Counted from the first letter of the stretch, positions 18,766-30,495 are shown. The stretch: 64,000 bases of DNA from Nitrospirota bacterium (GCA_963737155.1 CAVTRN010000002.1:2176001-2240000); one strand, 5' to 3'. Numbers and translations are program-made. Notes: generated by a model not told the origin, from the letters alone.

Positions 18766-19668
18766 TTAAACCTTGTCAACCGATTTTTGACCCAGGAGTC
18801 CGGCAGGTCTTATAATGAGCGTAATGATAAGCACAACAAAAGCGAAAGCGTCTTTGTATACGCTGGAGATATAGCTAGCGCCAAAATTTTCGATCAAACC
18901 GAGCACGAAGCCTCCGAGCATAGCGCCGGGGATGCTTCCGATTCCTCCGAGAACTGCCGCCGTAAAAGCTTTGATGCCGGCCAGGTAACCCATAAAAAAA
19001 TACACGACGCCATAATAAAGGGTTACCATGACTCCTGCAACCGCGGCGAGCGCCGATCCAATCATAAACGTAACGGAAATGACCTGATTGATGTTGATTC
19101 CTACGAGTCCCGCCATTACATTATCCTGTGATGTGGCACGCATTGCTTTTCCAAGCCTAGTTTTTGTCACGAAAAGATGGAGCACAATCATCAACAGGAT
19201 TGACGAAATCAGAATGAAAATCTGAACCGGTGAGACATTGGCTCCGAAGACTGAAACACCCTTCGACGGCAGCATCGGCGGCAGGTTTTTGTATTCCTTA
19301 CCCTGGAAAAGCATTACAGCGTTCTGAAGGATGATCGATGTTCCCACGGCGCTGATGAGCGGCGCTAGCTTTGTTGCATTTCGGAGCGGCCGATAGGCTA
19401 CCCGTTCAATCGCGGCGCCATAGACGGCACAGAAAGCCATGGACACAAGAACGGTAATCAGCAGTGAAAGCGGCAGACTGTATGCTGTCAATCCCAGGGA
19501 AGTCAGCATTCCGAGGATAATGATGCCTAGATATGCCCCGAGCATGTAGACTTCGCCATGGGCGAAGTTGATCAGCTGCAGGATTCCATAGACCATGGTA
19601 TATCCCAGCGCGATGAGGGCATATACCGCACCCAGAGCAAGGCCGTTTATAAGCTGTTGAGTAAACAT
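18766..19668 (-). CDS. livH: Branched-chain amino acid ABC permease
   Basis: YALIALGYTMVYGILQLINFAHGE, GIKAFTAAVLGGIG. Confidence 0.92.
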   Translation of the reverse strand: MFTQQLINGLALGAVYALIALGYTMVYGILQLINFAHGEVYMLGAYLGIIILGMLTSLGLTAYSLPLSLLITVLVSMAFCAVYGAAIERVAYRPLRNATKLAPLISAVGTSIILQNAVMLFQGKEYKNLPPMLPSKGVSVFGANVSPVQIFILISSILLMIVLHLFVTKTRLGKAMRATSQDNVMAGLVGININQVISVTFMIGSALAAVAGVMVTLYYGVVYFFMGYLAGIKAFTAAVLGGIGSIPGAMLGGFVLGLIENFGASYISSVYKDAFAFVVLIITLIIRPAGLLGQKSVDKV

Positions 19669-19772
19669 TACGAATCAAGAATAATAGTAATGCACAAAGT
19701 CGGATTATCTGTTTCTGATGTCATTTCTCTTCAGTTTCGGAATCGTTTTTATAGACACATGAAAATGCACGC

Positions 19773-20867
19773 CTATTGTACTTCGACAAATTTACCCTTC
19801 TGGACAACCCACATTACATAAGGAGCCTTGGTCACATCTCCGTTTTTGTCGAATGAAATGTCGCCAAAGGCGCCATGAAATGTCGTTTTTGAAATATACT
19901 GCGCAATCTTTGTCCCCTCCGTAACGCCCGTCTGTGCGATTGCGGTCAAAATAATATTTGCCGCATCGTAGGCATAAATCGAATAGGGACCAGGGTCTCC
20001 ATATTTGGCTTTATAGTTCTTTATAAATGATTGTGCAGTAGCAAGACCTGATGGCTCTTTCCCGAATGTAATGTAGGTTCCCTCTGAAGCGGGGCCTGCA
20101 ATGCTGATAAAAGTCGGATCGAACACTCCATCTCCGGTGACCATGGGAATGTTCAGCCCGATCTCTTTCGCCTGGCGCACGAGTCTGCCCGCTTCCGGAT
20201 AAATGCCTCCGAAGAAGTAAACATCAGGTTTATTTTCCTTGATGGTCGTGAGTACAGCCTTGTAGTCGGGATCCCTCTGAATGATGCCTCCGTAATAGAC
20301 CAATTCAACGTTGTCGCCCAAGGACTTCCTGAAATAATCAGCGAGTCCCTGTCCATAGGCTGTTTTGTCATGGATGATCGCCACGCGACTGGGATGGAGT
20401 TTTTTCAGCACAAAATCAGCGGCGGCTCGGCCCTGCTGGTCGTCGGTGCCGCAAACACGAAAGACTCGTTTGAATCCTTGTTGGGTTAGCTGCGGGTTGG
20501 TCGTGGCCGGAGAAATCATGACTATATTGGCATCATCGTAAAATTTAGACGCAGGGATGGAACAGCTTGAGTTCCAATGGCCGACCAGCGCCACCACCTT
20601 CTCGTTAATAAACAAGTTCGCGATGGATACGGCCTGCTTTGGGTCTGCTTGATCATCACCGGCTACCAGGACGATTTTTTTACCGAGTACACCACCCTTT
20701 GCGTTCCACTCGGCGACCGCAAGTTCAGTGGCATTTTTGAGATCCATCCCCATTTTGCTCTGGTCGCCGGTAAGGGGGCCGGCGGCACCGATTTTAACTA
20801 CGTTATCATCCTGATGAGTACATCCGAAGAGCATCGCTATCACGATTACATACAATATATTTTTCAT
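19773..20867 (-). CDS. livK: Branched-chain amino acid ABC substrate-binding lipoprotein
   Basis: Lipobox LFGC; VKIGAAGPLTG, DDQADPKQA, TDDQQG. Confidence 0.88.
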   Translation of the reverse strand: MKNILYVIVIAMLFGCTHQDDNVVKIGAAGPLTGDQSKMGMDLKNATELAVAEWNAKGGVLGKKIVLVAGDDQADPKQAVSIANLFINEKVVALVGHWNSSCSIPASKFYDDANIVMISPATTNPQLTQQGFKRVFRVCGTDDQQGRAAADFVLKKLHPSRVAIIHDKTAYGQGLADYFRKSLGDNVELVYYGGIIQRDPDYKAVLTTIKENKPDVYFFGGIYPEAGRLVRQAKEIGLNIPMVTGDGVFDPTFISIAGPASEGTYITFGKEPSGLATAQSFIKNYKAKYGDPGPYSIYAYDAANIILTAIAQTGVTEGTKIAQYISKTTFHGAFGDISFDKNGDVTKAPYVMWVVQKGKFVEVQ

Positions 20868-21578
20868 CTATCCCTTCCTGACTTCAGGATTGTCTGATCC
20901 GGTTTTCTCAAGTATCCGTATCATTTCAGTCGCTGTTTGTCGAATGTCGTGAGCGGATAGTATGGCCGATATCACCGCTATTCCATTCGCCCCTGAGCTG
21001 ATCACATCCGCGGCATTTGCATGGTTGATGCCGCCGATTGCGATGATCGGAATTGAAACTGCTTGCCTGATGATCTTGAGGTGCTCAATTCCCTGAACTG
21101 CCCCGGCTGCTTTCGTTTCGGTCGAAAATATTGGACCGAACCCGATATAATCGGCACCTGCACGTTCCGCGTCTTGGGCCTGTTCCCTACTATGCGTCGA
21201 TATGCCGATTACTTTTTCCTTGCCGATGATTTTTCGAGCCGCTTCAATCGGAAGATCGTCTTGGCCCAAGTGCACGCCATCGGCATCAACAGCCATCGCA
21301 ATATCTGCGTGATCATTGACTATAAACAAAGCTTCCGCTTTACGCGCCACCTGTGCCAGTAAAAGCGCAGTTTCCCATATCAGCCTTCGGGACCCGCTCT
21401 TGTTCCGATATTGGAAGAACCGAACCCCCGCAGAAAGAGCCTGTAACATTGCTTGATCCGTCCGAACGTGGAGCATATCCTGATCAAGAATCAAGCAGAG
21501 TTCGGGAAATTTACTTGGATGGATTGTTATACCTCTCCATGAAATTCGTTGAGATGTCCCCTTTTTGGAAATCGGCAT
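20868..21578 (-). CDS. thiE: Thiamine-phosphate synthase (true start uncertain)
   Basis: [44 protein letters not shown]. Confidence 0.9.
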   Translation of the reverse strand: MPISKKGTSQRISWRGITIHPSKFPELCLILDQDMLHVRTDQAMLQALSAGVRFFQYRNKSGSRRLIWETALLLAQVARKAEALFIVNDHADIAMAVDADGVHLGQDDLPIEAARKIIGKEKVIGISTHSREQAQDAERAGADYIGFGPIFSTETKAAGAVQGIEHLKIIRQAVSIPIIAIGGINHANAADVISSGANGIAVISAILSAHDIRQTATEMIRILEKTGSDNPEVRKG

Positions 21579-22857
21579 CCGAAAGAATTTTTTTGTGCAT
21601 TGGGATCGTCGTTTTCACGCCTTCGATAATGAACTCGTCCAGAGAGCGCTGCATGCGCATGATGGCCTCGTCACGAGTTGCCGCATGGACAATGAGCTTC
21701 GCAATCATCGAGTCGTAATAAGGTGGGATCACATACTGGGTATATGCCGCGGTTTCAACCCTCACGCCCAGTCCTCCCGGTGGATTAAAGGCCGTTATCG
21801 TCCCGGGTGAAGGAGTAAACTTCTCCGGATCCTCGGCATTGATCCTGCACTCGATGCTGTGCCCCTGTACCCGGATCTGGTCCTGGGTGAATGAGAGCGG
21901 CATTCCGGCCGCGACGCGAATCTGCTCCTTCACCAGGTCAATGTTTGTAACCATTTCCGTCACCGGATGTTCAACCTGAATGCGTGTGTTCATTTCCATG
22001 AAATAGAACTTCCTGCTTCCATCCATGAGGAATTCTATCGTTCCCGCATTGCGGTACTTGACGGTTTTCGCGATGGATACAGCCATCTCTCCCATCTCCC
22101 TGCGCAGACGTTCATCAACGATGACCGACGGTGCCTCCTCAATCAGCTTTTGATGACGCCGTTGAATAGAGCATTCGCGTTCTCCCAGATATACGGCATG
22201 ACCTTTCTCATCGGCCATTATCTGTATTTCGATATGACGTGGTTGAAGAATGTATTTTTCGATATACACATCGGCATTGTTGAAAACAGCCAGCGCTTCG
22301 GCTTGGGCCATGACAAAAGCTTTGGCAAAATCGGCCTCGCTCATGACCACCCGCATCCCTTTGCCGCCACCTCCGGCGGCGGCCTTAACAATTACCGGGA
22401 ACCCCAGTCCGCGTGCAATCTCAATGGCGATGCTTTCCTCGGTCACTACGCCATCGCTGCCGGGAAGCACAGGCACTCCCGCCTTCTGCGCCGTCTCCCT
22501 CGCCTTTGCCTTGTCTCCCATGAGTTTGATGCTCTCCGGGCTTGGCCCGATAAACCTAATGCCGGTAGAATTACACACTTCGGCGAAGCTGGCGTTCTCG
22601 GCCAGAAATCCATAGCCCGGATGGATGGCTTCGGTATCCGTGATCTCAGCCGCACTTATAATGCTCGGCACATTGAGATAACTGTCAGCGCTTTTCGGCG
22701 GACCGATACACACACTCTGGTCGGCAAATCGTACATGAAGCGAATTAGCATCAGCCGTCGAGTGAATCGCCACGGTTTTGATGCCCATCTCCTTGCAGGC
22801 ACGAATGATCCGAAGCGCTATCTCTCCGCGGTTGGCAATTAATATTTTTTTAAACAC
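21511..22857 (-). CDS. accC: Acetyl-CoA carboxylase biotin carboxylase
   Basis: [45 protein letters not shown]. Confidence 0.97.
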   Translation of the reverse strand: MFKKILIANRGEIALRIIRACKEMGIKTVAIHSTADANSLHVRFADQSVCIGPPKSADSYLNVPSIISAAEITDTEAIHPGYGFLAENASFAEVCNSTGIRFIGPSPESIKLMGDKAKARETAQKAGVPVLPGSDGVVTEESIAIEIARGLGFPVIVKAAAGGGGKGMRVVMSEADFAKAFVMAQAEALAVFNNADVYIEKYILQPRHIEIQIMADEKGHAVYLGERECSIQRRHQKLIEEAPSVIVDERLRREMGEMAVSIAKTVKYRNAGTIEFLMDGSRKFYFMEMNTRIQVEHPVTEMVTNIDLVKEQIRVAAGMPLSFTQDQIRVQGHSIECRINAEDPEKFTPSPGTITAFNPPGGLGVRVETAAYTQYVIPPYYDSMIAKLIVHAATRDEAIMRMQRSLDEFIIEGVKTTIPMHKKILSDADFQKGDISTNFMERYNNPSK

Positions 22858-22907
22858 TCATACACCTCAAGCCGTAATGGATTATCACGAATCCCTGATT
22901 ACTTTTT

Positions 22908-23378
22908 CTACATCGGCTCTATCGAGAAAAGCGACTGACCGTACTCCACCGGCTGTCCGTTTTCAATCAGTATCTGAACGATTTTCCCCGAGGTTTCCGA
23001 TTCGATTTCATTCATGAGCTTCATCGCCTCAATGATGCATAGGACCTGACCCTTTTTTACGATGTCGCCAACCTCTACATAAGGCAACTTATCCGGCGAA
23101 CTGGCACGGTAAAAAGTGCCGACGATCGGGGCCGTCACTTTGATCTGGCTTGTTATCGCGGGTTCAACGGGCTTTTCAACCGAAGCCGTCTGCGCTTCGT
23201 TTACTGCAGGGGCTACAATGGCTGCCGGCGGGTACTCCATGCGCGGCATAACAGGATGAAACGTAACGTCGCCGCCTTTTCTGAGACGCACTTTTACGCC
23301 GGAACGCTCAATCTCCAGCTCCGAGATATCGGTGCCCTTCAGCATCTCGATGAGTTCCTTAATTTCCTTAAGGTTCAT
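22908..23378 (-). CDS. accB: Biotin carboxyl carrier protein
   Basis: EAMKLMNE biotinylation motif. Confidence 0.96.
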   Translation of the reverse strand: MNLKEIKELIEMLKGTDISELEIERSGVKVRLRKGGDVTFHPVMPRMEYPPAAIVAPAVNEAQTASVEKPVEPAITSQIKVTAPIVGTFYRASSPDKLPYVEVGDIVKKGQVLCIIEAMKLMNEIESETSGKIVQILIENGQPVEYGQSLFSIEPM

Positions 23379-23482
23379 GATGACTCCTTTTGCCCTTCAC
23401 ATATGTCAAACGTTGTTAATCAAATAGCTGATGTGCCTTCACGGACTCGGCATGAACGGTAAAAGCATAGACTATCGATTGT

Positions 23483-23520
23483 ATCCCGTTTTTCCTAGCT
23501 ATTAAGAGGAAGAACGGGAT
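23483..23520 (-). terminator. Stem-loop downstream of efp
   Basis: atcccgtt-tttcct / aggaagaacgggat inverted repeat. Confidence 0.4.
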
Positions 23521-23536
23521 GAAGGCATCTGTCTGT

Positions 23537-24103
23537 TTATTTTTTAACCCGCTCAATAAAGATTCCCGTACGAGTATCGACTTTAATTACGTCGCCCTCG
23601 TTCAGATAGAACGGGACCTTGACCACGGCTCCTGTTTCCAGGGTGGCTGGTTTAGAACCTCCTGAAGCGGTGTCGCCCCTCACACCGGGATCGGTCTTTG
23701 CAATTGCGAGTTCAACAAACATCGGAACGTCAATGTTGATGGGTATACCTTTATGATAGAGAACCTTTATCTCCATGTTCTCTTTGAGATAGTTGATGCT
23801 GTCACCGAGTTGTGACTCGTGCAGCGATACCTGCTCATATGAAGTTGTATCCATGAAAATGCGGTCCTTATCCGCCGCATAAAGATACTGCATTGTCTTC
23901 TCTTCCAGCTCCGGAACATCGACTTTTTCTCCCGAGCGATAAGTCCGATCGATGACATTCCCTGACTTGAGGCTTTTCATTTTTGTCCTCACAAAAGCCC
24001 CGCCCTTACCAGGCTTCACATGCTGGAATTCCACAATCACAAAAGGCTCACCTTCAATTTCTATTTTCAAACCATTTCTAAATTCCGTTGTTGATACAGG
24101 CAC
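23537..24103 (-). CDS. efp: Elongation factor P
   Basis: HVKPGKGGAFVR, PGVRGDT, KPATLETG. Confidence 0.97.
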   Translation of the reverse strand: MPVSTTEFRNGLKIEIEGEPFVIVEFQHVKPGKGGAFVRTKMKSLKSGNVIDRTYRSGEKVDVPELEEKTMQYLYAADKDRIFMDTTSYEQVSLHESQLGDSINYLKENMEIKVLYHKGIPINIDVPMFVELAIAKTDPGVRGDTASGGSKPATLETGAVVKVPFYLNEGDVIKVDTRTGIFIERVKK

Positions 24104-24201
24104 CTTCTACTACCTCCCTTTCATCCTGCGATTTGATTTTTTATCTCATTATAGAAAAACTGACAGCCATCGAAATATCCGACTTCCCCGATTTTTCGAC
24201 A

Positions 24202-25287
24202 TCATAATCTCTTTAAAAGATCAAGCTCTCGCGGTAGTGTGGTCAACACCTTCGCACCACTGTCCGCTGCCAGCAACATGTCTTCAATCCTAACGCCCCC
24301 CCATCCGGGGATGTAGATCCCAGGCTCGATGGTAAAAACCATGTTTGCTTCAAGGCTGTCCTTAGACAGCGGAGACAGTAAAGGGCCCTCATGCACCATG
24401 AGTCCGACACCGTGCCCCGTTCCATGACCAAAGTGCTTTCCGTGACCTGCCTTCCTAATGACCTCACGTGCAGCATTGTCCACCGATTTGCATTCAACGC
24501 CGATACGTGCGTTCTTCATGGCCTCGAACTGAGCAGCCAGCACGATCTGATGGATTTCCGTTTGTCGCGCAGTCGGCCGTCCCACACAAAGCGTCCTCGT
24601 AATATCGCAGAAATATCCGTGCGCCTCAGCGCCAAAATCGATGGTCACAAGATCGCCTCTCCTGATGCGACGGTTCGTTACCGCAGCATGAGGCATGGCC
24701 CCGTTCCCCGCTGATGCTACGATTGTATCAAAAGCCGCTTTGCGGGAGCCCTTTTCTCTCATAAGGTATTCGAGTCTGAGCCCCAACTCCCTCTCAGTCG
24801 CCCCCGGCTTGATGAGAGGCTTCAATTCATGGAATGATTCTTCCGCCCTTGAGATGGCCATACGAATATAAGCTAATTCGTTCCGATCCTTGTGAAGCCG
24901 CAGCTGGCGAGAAAGATCACGATGTCCCCTTGCGCGAAGACCTATTTTTTTTAGTTTTTTGATTATTTCGACGGTGAGTGACGATTCATCTAACCAGATA
25001 ATTTTTATGCCCCAATCGAAGGCTATTTCCTGAAGCGCCGCGAAGAAATCCTTTTTTTGTATGAGAATCGTCACTCCGGCGGATTCTCTGCGCGATTGCA
25101 ACTGATACCGAAAATCGGTAATCAGGCAGGGTTTGTCTGTTGAAACCAGCAGCGAACCCGATGATCCGGTAAATCCAGTAAAATACCGAACGTCTTCACG
25201 GCGGGTAACGAGCAGCGACTCGACCCCTTCCTTTTTCATGAGCTCTTTAAGCCGTGAAAGACGACTGAGTTCAGGTCTTTTCTTCAT
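24202..25287 (-). CDS. Xaa-Pro peptidase (M24B)
   Basis: DFGA...[30 protein letters not shown]. Confidence 0.92.
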   Translation of the reverse strand: MKKRPELSRLSRLKELMKKEGVESLLVTRREDVRYFTGFTGSSGSLLVSTDKPCLITDFRYQLQSRRESAGVTILIQKKDFFAALQEIAFDWGIKIIWLDESSLTVEIIKKLKKIGLRARGHRDLSRQLRLHKDRNELAYIRMAISRAEESFHELKPLIKPGATERELGLRLEYLMREKGSRKAAFDTIVASAGNGAMPHAAVTNRRIRRGDLVTIDFGAEAHGYFCDITRTLCVGRPTARQTEIHQIVLAAQFEAMKNARIGVECKSVDNAAREVIRKAGHGKHFGHGTGHGVGLMVHEGPLLSPLSKDSLEANMVFTIEPGIYIPGWGGVRIEDMLLAADSGAKVLTTLPRELDLLKRL

Positions 25288-25733
25288 TTCATATTTCCAC
25301 TGTCTTTGGCAAGCGCGACGGCGGCTCTTAGAGCAAGAAGGTAGCTATCTGGTCCAAACCCCGAAATCTGCCCGACGGCAACGCCGGAGATGAATGAAGT
25401 TTTTCGGAACTCCTCGCGTTTGTAGATATTAGAGATGTGAGTTTCTATCGTAGGGATTCCGACCGATGATATTGCATCGCGAAGAGCGATGCTCGTATGG
25501 GTGTAGGCCCCCGGGTTGATCACGATTGCTTGGTACACACCTATGGCGTCCTGAACTTTTTGCACCAATTCGCCTTCGTGATTCGACTGGAAGAATGATA
25601 CGCTCACTCCGAGTTCCGCGGCCAGCGCCGTGATCCGTCCGTTGATGTCGTCGAGTGTGCATGAACCGTAAATAGAAGGTTCTCGTTTGCCAAGGAGATT
25701 CAGGTTCGGGCCATTAATGAACAATATTTTCAT
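25284..25733 (-). CDS. aroQ: Type II 3-dehydroquinate dehydratase
   Basis: [35 protein letters not shown]; start at MKILF. Confidence 0.95.
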   Translation of the reverse strand: MKILFINGPNLNLLGKREPSIYGSCTLDDINGRITALAAELGVSVSFFQSNHEGELVQKVQDAIGVYQAIVINPGAYTHTSIALRDAISSVGIPTIETHISNIYKREEFRKTSFISGVAVGQISGFGPDSYLLALRAAVALAKDSGNMK

Positions 25734-25807
25734 GAAATCCCCACAAAAAAATAAAAACTGCCTGAGGCAGTTTGAAATACTGACCAAATAAAAGGATGAA
25801 GTCTTTT

Positions 25808-26164
25808 CTAAAATTCCTTTAGCAGCTTGGGGGCAGACATGCGAAGAAGAAACCTTCCTTTGCCGAAGTTACCATCAGGTTTAATAACGAGCACGAAAAA
25901 ATATTCATCATTCAACCGCCGGAGCATTATTATGGCCTTGTCGGCAATGACTGTAACTTCCCTCATGGAGCCCATCTGTGCTGTTTGTGATCCTTTTTCA
26001 ATCTCTTTGAGAAGCGCGGAATATTCAACAGTCATTGATTGAATATCCATTTCCTTGCCGACTGAATATTCTTCTACTGGGATGCCATCCAGCCCCACGA
26101 TTAGAGCGCCCACTGCCCCTTCCGTTCCGTTTACGACCTCCTTCATTATATCGGAAAAAGGCAT
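25808..26164 (-). CDS. Roadblock/LC7 domain protein (MglB/MglC-like)
   Basis: [11 protein letters not shown]...[11 protein letters not shown] pattern. Confidence 0.8.
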   Translation of the reverse strand: MPFSDIMKEVVNGTEGAVGALIVGLDGIPVEEYSVGKEMDIQSMTVEYSALLKEIEKGSQTAQMGSMREVTVIADKAIIMLRRLNDEYFFVLVIKPDGNFGKGRFLLRMSAPKLLKEF

Positions 26165-28021
26165 TTATCTCTCCTTTTTAATATTTTTAAGCCAGTTTTC
26201 GAGACGATCAATTGTCTCTTTCCTGGCCGTAATCGACTGCAGTGGCGTCAGACGTACTTTCCCCTCACTGGCTTCACGGGGCAATCCATCGGATGGTATA
26301 TATTCTCGTGGCTCAAAATCCACGGATGCCTCATTCGTTTTCACAGATTTCCGGTCACGAGAGGACGCAACAATACCGGACGCTGGCATTTCAGCCACGG
26401 CTTGAGAAAATTCCTCCGTTTCTGCCCCTAGTTTGTACTCTTTTGCATCGTCGAAAATACTTGCTGTCTTGCTTTCTGATTTTATAAGTGGCGCTAATAC
26501 ACTTTCTTCCGGCTCAGCCTGCCTCTCAGTCTCTAGCGATAGAGGCAGACTATTCTTTTCAACAGCCTCAAGTGGAGAAGATTCCTTCTCCCCGATCAAC
26601 ACTTTTGACTCTAGGATTTCCACCGGTGTTTCTGCGGCAGGCGATTCCTCCGGCTTCTCCGTTTCCTCCTGCATTATAATGAATTCGTTCGGTTTTTCGA
26701 AGATGCCTGGTTCTATTTTCTCTTCCAGAGATTCAAGAGACTCCATGACTTCCGAAGCGTATTGCTCAGGCGGATTAACCGAAGCCATTGCCCTTACCCG
26801 TTCCAATTTCTCCTTGAGCCCGAGGTTTTCAGGACGATCAGCCATCATTCGCTCATAGATATCGATAGCCTTTTCAAAAAAACCCTGGGCGATGTAAAGC
26901 TCCGCGAGCGTATCTGTGGTAAAGTCGTCGGATTCATCAGCTGCCGGTTTTTCTAAAAGTACCGTTTCGGGACTTGTTGCGGCGACAATCTCGAAGGGTT
27001 GCACCACAGTCTCAGATGCCACGGGGATCGCCGATTCCTGTACCCCAAACAAACCGAGCTTCTCCTCCGGCAGTTCGTGGTCGAATATCGAAATATCAGT
27101 TTCCGATGTCTCCCTGTCCCAGGTTAAATTCTCGGGAACGCTTTCCCTGGGAGACGGTTCCCCTGCGAAGAACGGTGCCTCGAAAGGGCCCACTTCCTCG
27201 ATCGGCTCAACCGAAAGGACCTCTTCAGGTACCTCCATTTCCGGAGGGGCTGCGAAAGATACCGGCGTTTGTTCTGTCTCGGCCAATAGATTCTTATTCT
27301 CGGGAATTGGAGACAGGGGAAGTTCCTGATAGGCAGATTCTGAAGCCTGCTCTTGTCCTACCGACGTTTCCGCAGATTTTATAATCTCTGATGTCTTTTC
27401 CTCTCCTGATTCAAGGCTCCGGATCAGAGACTCGGGTTTTAGCGGAGGGACATCTTTCGAAAGTTGCTGCTCTTCTGCAATCACCGCAAATGCCTGCAGC
27501 GCAGAAGCCGTATTCATTGAATTAACAGGAGTTTCAGACCATTCCGGCCCCTCAGCTGTGCCGAGTACTGGCGAAACAGGTTCCATTTCTCGCTCAGGAT
27601 TTGTTTTTGTCCCGATGCTTTCCTCTAGTTTAGAAACCAGTGCGGCAAAAAATTTATCGCCCGGGTTCAAAGCCAGAGCAATTTTATAATGTTTGAGAGC
27701 CTCGATGTGATTGAACTGTAGAGAGTAAAGTTCGCCCAGTTTTCTCTGGGCTAGCAAGTTATCCGGAATCGCCTTAACGACTTCCTCAAATTCCTTCTGG
27801 GCTCCAACCAAATCGCCGGACTCATAAAGCAGTCTTCCGAGCACAGAACGTGCTGTCACATAAGTTGGATTATTCTTAAGGCCATCCGACAACACATGAA
27901 TAGCCATCTCGATGTCGCCAGCTTTTTTGTACTCTTCTGCCAGCGGTACAAAAAGTTTTGACTTAGGATCCTTCGAGATCCGCTCCGTCAGCTTTACTAT
28001 TTCGGAGTTTACTTTATCCAT
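26165..28021 (-). CDS. TPR protein with a long acidic low-complexity linker
   Basis: N-terminal DPKSKLFVPLAEEY TPRs, internal TDTLAELYIAQG, C-terminal LENWLKNI. Confidence 0.8.
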   Translation of the reverse strand: MDKVNSEIVKLTERISKDPKSKLFVPLAEEYKKAGDIEMAIHVLSDGLKNNPTYVTARSVLGRLLYESGDLVGAQKEFEEVVKAIPDNLLAQRKLGELYSLQFNHIEALKHYKIALALNPGDKFFAALVSKLEESIGTKTNPEREMEPVSPVLGTAEGPEWSETPVNSMNTASALQAFAVIAEEQQLSKDVPPLKPESLIRSLESGEEKTSEIIKSAETSVGQEQASESAYQELPLSPIPENKNLLAETEQTPVSFAAPPEMEVPEEVLSVEPIEEVGPFEAPFFAGEPSPRESVPENLTWDRETSETDISIFDHELPEEKLGLFGVQESAIPVASETVVQPFEIVAATSPETVLLEKPAADESDDFTTDTLAELYIAQGFFEKAIDIYERMMADRPENLGLKEKLERVRAMASVNPPEQYASEVMESLESLEEKIEPGIFEKPNEFIIMQEETEKPEESPAAETPVEILESKVLIGEKESSPLEAVEKNSLPLSLETERQAEPEESVLAPLIKSESKTASIFDDAKEYKLGAETEEFSQAVAEMPASGIVASSRDRKSVKTNEASVDFEPREYIPSDGLPREASEGKVRLTPLQSITARKETIDRLENWLKNIKKER

Positions 28022-29084
28022 TGATTTTTCTTATATTATCAATCCTATACCAAAAAAGTTTACCAAATAAAGGGGTTAAAAGTCAAGGTAATACTTTGTT
28101 TTCTCTATTTTAGAAAACGGTGTTTTCCCTAAAAAATACATATATATCCGTTTATGCCAACTATTGCAAACAAAACACTTAATTTGACATCCTTCCCGAC
28201 ATGGATTCCCAAATCAGATTCTGTTTATGCTGAGAACTAATGCTGATTCTGGTCGCAAATGTGACAGAGGTGTTTGCCTTTTTTGCCTTAAAGTCTTTCG
28301 GAAAGCTGAGCGTCCTTCGGAAGTACAGCAGAAGTATTCAGGTTTCACTTGACAACGTTTGTTTGGATTTCACAGTCTACAAATTAAATTTGCGACGGAC
28401 GTCAAGCGGTTTGACTTTATGTCTCCTTTTTTTCACGGAGAGCGAACAATGGTTTATACCTGCCAAAGCACTTCCAATACTGCCTGAGTCCTTTGCGTGT
28501 GCAACGTATGATACCAAAAGGGAATGTTCTTGCTTAATAGAGGCATCAAGGTCCGCGCAGGATGGTATCTTGCCAGTGATTTCCCCAGCTTTTTTATAGT
28601 TCGCATGGTGGTTTTCCGTAGCTGCGTTGCAGCAAAAAACTAAGCAAGCTAAGAAAAAGGCAGTGTTGTCGTCAGTTACCAATGCCCCTATCGACAGTAT
28701 TGCTTGCATCTCACGCTCTTAGCAGGATTAATCATCGTTATCAATTGCATTAGAAAGGGGAATATATGACCAACTTACAAAAAATATTATCCGGTTGCTT
28801 CGCAACCAGCGTCTTATCACCGCTCTGAAGAGAAGGGGTCCTACTTGGGTGATAACGATAGTCCGAAGACGTTTAGATTTTAAAATACTATGTGATTCAA
28901 GAAGAATTGAAAAAAACAGTTGGCCGCGTTAACAACGATTTTGAAGGGAGCGGAAGTATAGTGACACGCAGTGTGCTTAATATCGTATTGGGACTACAGG
29001 CAGATGAACGATCTGGCGGCCTAAATGACAGGGCCAGCCATTATGATTGCCGAGATAAAAAACAGGTGGGTTTCATCATAAAAA

Positions 29085-29627
29085 TCATCCGATGCCGCAT
29101 ACATCCGCACCGCACTTTAAAGCGCTTTCATTTAATGGAATTAAAAAATGTCTTCGGGGAGGAAGCACTTGTTTGAGAGCGGCTAAAACCGAATCCAACG
29201 CAACAACACCCGTTTTCTTAAGAAACGCGCCAAGCATCACCATGTTCGATATGCGGATGTCTCCGAGTTTTTCAGCGATATCATTTGCACGAATCTCTAT
29301 TCTCGTTATGTCGGAACGAGTAGATGACGCCAGTACCAGGGAGGTATTCAGAAAAATGAGGCCGCCCTGCACGATTCTTTTTTCGAACTTCTGGAACGAA
29401 GCTTCGTTGAATATCAGCATCGTCGAGGGTTTCTGCACAACCGGAGAGCCGATTTCCGTGCCGGAGATGATGACCGTGCAGTTTGCCGTCCCTCCCCGTA
29501 TTTCTGCTCCATAGGAAGGGAACCATGTCACATGCTTGCCTTCTAGCATGCCGGCATAGGCGAGCAGTTTTCCCGCGACGAGCACGCCCTGTCCGCCAAA
29601 ACCCGCTATCATGACATCCTGATACAT
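29085..29627 (-). CDS. 2-oxoacid:ferredoxin oxidoreductase gamma subunit
   Basis: IAGFGGQGV, PSYGAEIRGGTAN, NMVMLGA; start at MYQDV. Confidence 0.92.
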   Translation of the reverse strand: MYQDVMIAGFGGQGVLVAGKLLAYAGMLEGKHVTWFPSYGAEIRGGTANCTVIISGTEIGSPVVQKPSTMLIFNEASFQKFEKRIVQGGLIFLNTSLVLASSTRSDITRIEIRANDIAEKLGDIRISNMVMLGAFLKKTGVVALDSVLAALKQVLPPRRHFLIPLNESALKCGADVCGIG

Positions 29628-29629
29628 GG

Positions 29630-30409
29630 TCACTTCCAGTCTCTGTTCTGTTGATCCAACCCGCCGCCCTCCATGGGCCTGTCTTTGAAAACGCCAAGGG
29701 AATAGTATTTCATCATATGACCTCGGACCCATGACACAGCTTGCAATGGCGTCATTCCCCAATCCGTAGGACACATCGAGAGTGCCTCTACCAGTGAGAA
29801 ACCCTCGCCTGCTATCTGATATTCGAAGGCCTTCCGAATTGCTTTTTTCGCGGCAAGAACATTTCTAGGACTGTCAAGCGATACCCGTTCTATATAGGCT
29901 GGCCCATCAAGCACCGCGAGCATTTCACTCACCCGGACAGGACTGCCTGCATCGCGAATATTTCTCCCCGAGGGCGTGGTTGTCGTTTTCTGGCCCGGCA
30001 GTGTCGTCGGTGCCATCTGACCTCCGGTCATACCGTAATTTCCGTTGTTCACGAAAATCACCGTTATATTCTCGCCACGGGCAGCTGCATGTACGATCTC
30101 CGCAGTCCCTATCGCCGCCAGATCGCCATCGCCCTGGTAACTGAAGACGACGGATTCCGGCCGGGACCGTTTCATGCCGGTGGCAATCGCTGGGGGCCGG
30201 CCATGCGGCACCTCGATCATGTCAATGTCCAAGTAGTCATAGGCAAAGACCGCGCAACCAACCGGCGCGATTCCGATGGTACGGCTACGAATACCCAGAG
30301 AGTCTATGGTCTCGGCTACGATCCGGTGCAGAACACCATGACTGCATCCTGGACAATAGCGAAAGGGTTTGTCTTTTAAGCACGATGGTCGTGAGAAAAC
30401 TTTATTCAT
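29630..30409 (-). CDS. 2-oxoacid:ferredoxin oxidoreductase beta (TPP-binding) subunit
   Basis: YCPGCSHG, HGR, YQGDGD, NNGNYGMTGGQ, CPT.WG. Confidence 0.92.
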   Translation of the reverse strand: MNKVFSRPSCLKDKPFRYCPGCSHGVLHRIVAETIDSLGIRSRTIGIAPVGCAVFAYDYLDIDMIEVPHGRPPAIATGMKRSRPESVVFSYQGDGDLAAIGTAEIVHAAARGENITVIFVNNGNYGMTGGQMAPTTLPGQKTTTTPSGRNIRDAGSPVRVSEMLAVLDGPAYIERVSLDSPRNVLAAKKAIRKAFEYQIAGEGFSLVEALSMCPTDWGMTPLQAVSWVRGHMMKYYSLGVFKDRPMEGGGLDQQNRDWK

Positions 30410-30436
30410 TGGTTATTGTGATGTGACAAATATCGC

Positions 30437-30466
30437 TTGACAATCTGCCCTTCACTCTGCTATTTT
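30437..30466 (+). promoter_or_regulatory. Putative sigma70 promoter of tRNA-Phe
   Basis: TTGACA-N18-TATTTT with TG extension. Confidence 0.5.
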
Positions 30467-30495
30467 ATCGTGCTGCCGCATTAAGCCATCATGAT

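Noticed and set aside
21967-22842. Long antisense ORFs (this 291-aa one, 32669-33280, 35679-36296, 51415-52032)
   Set aside because: They are shadows of well-supported genes on the opposite strand.
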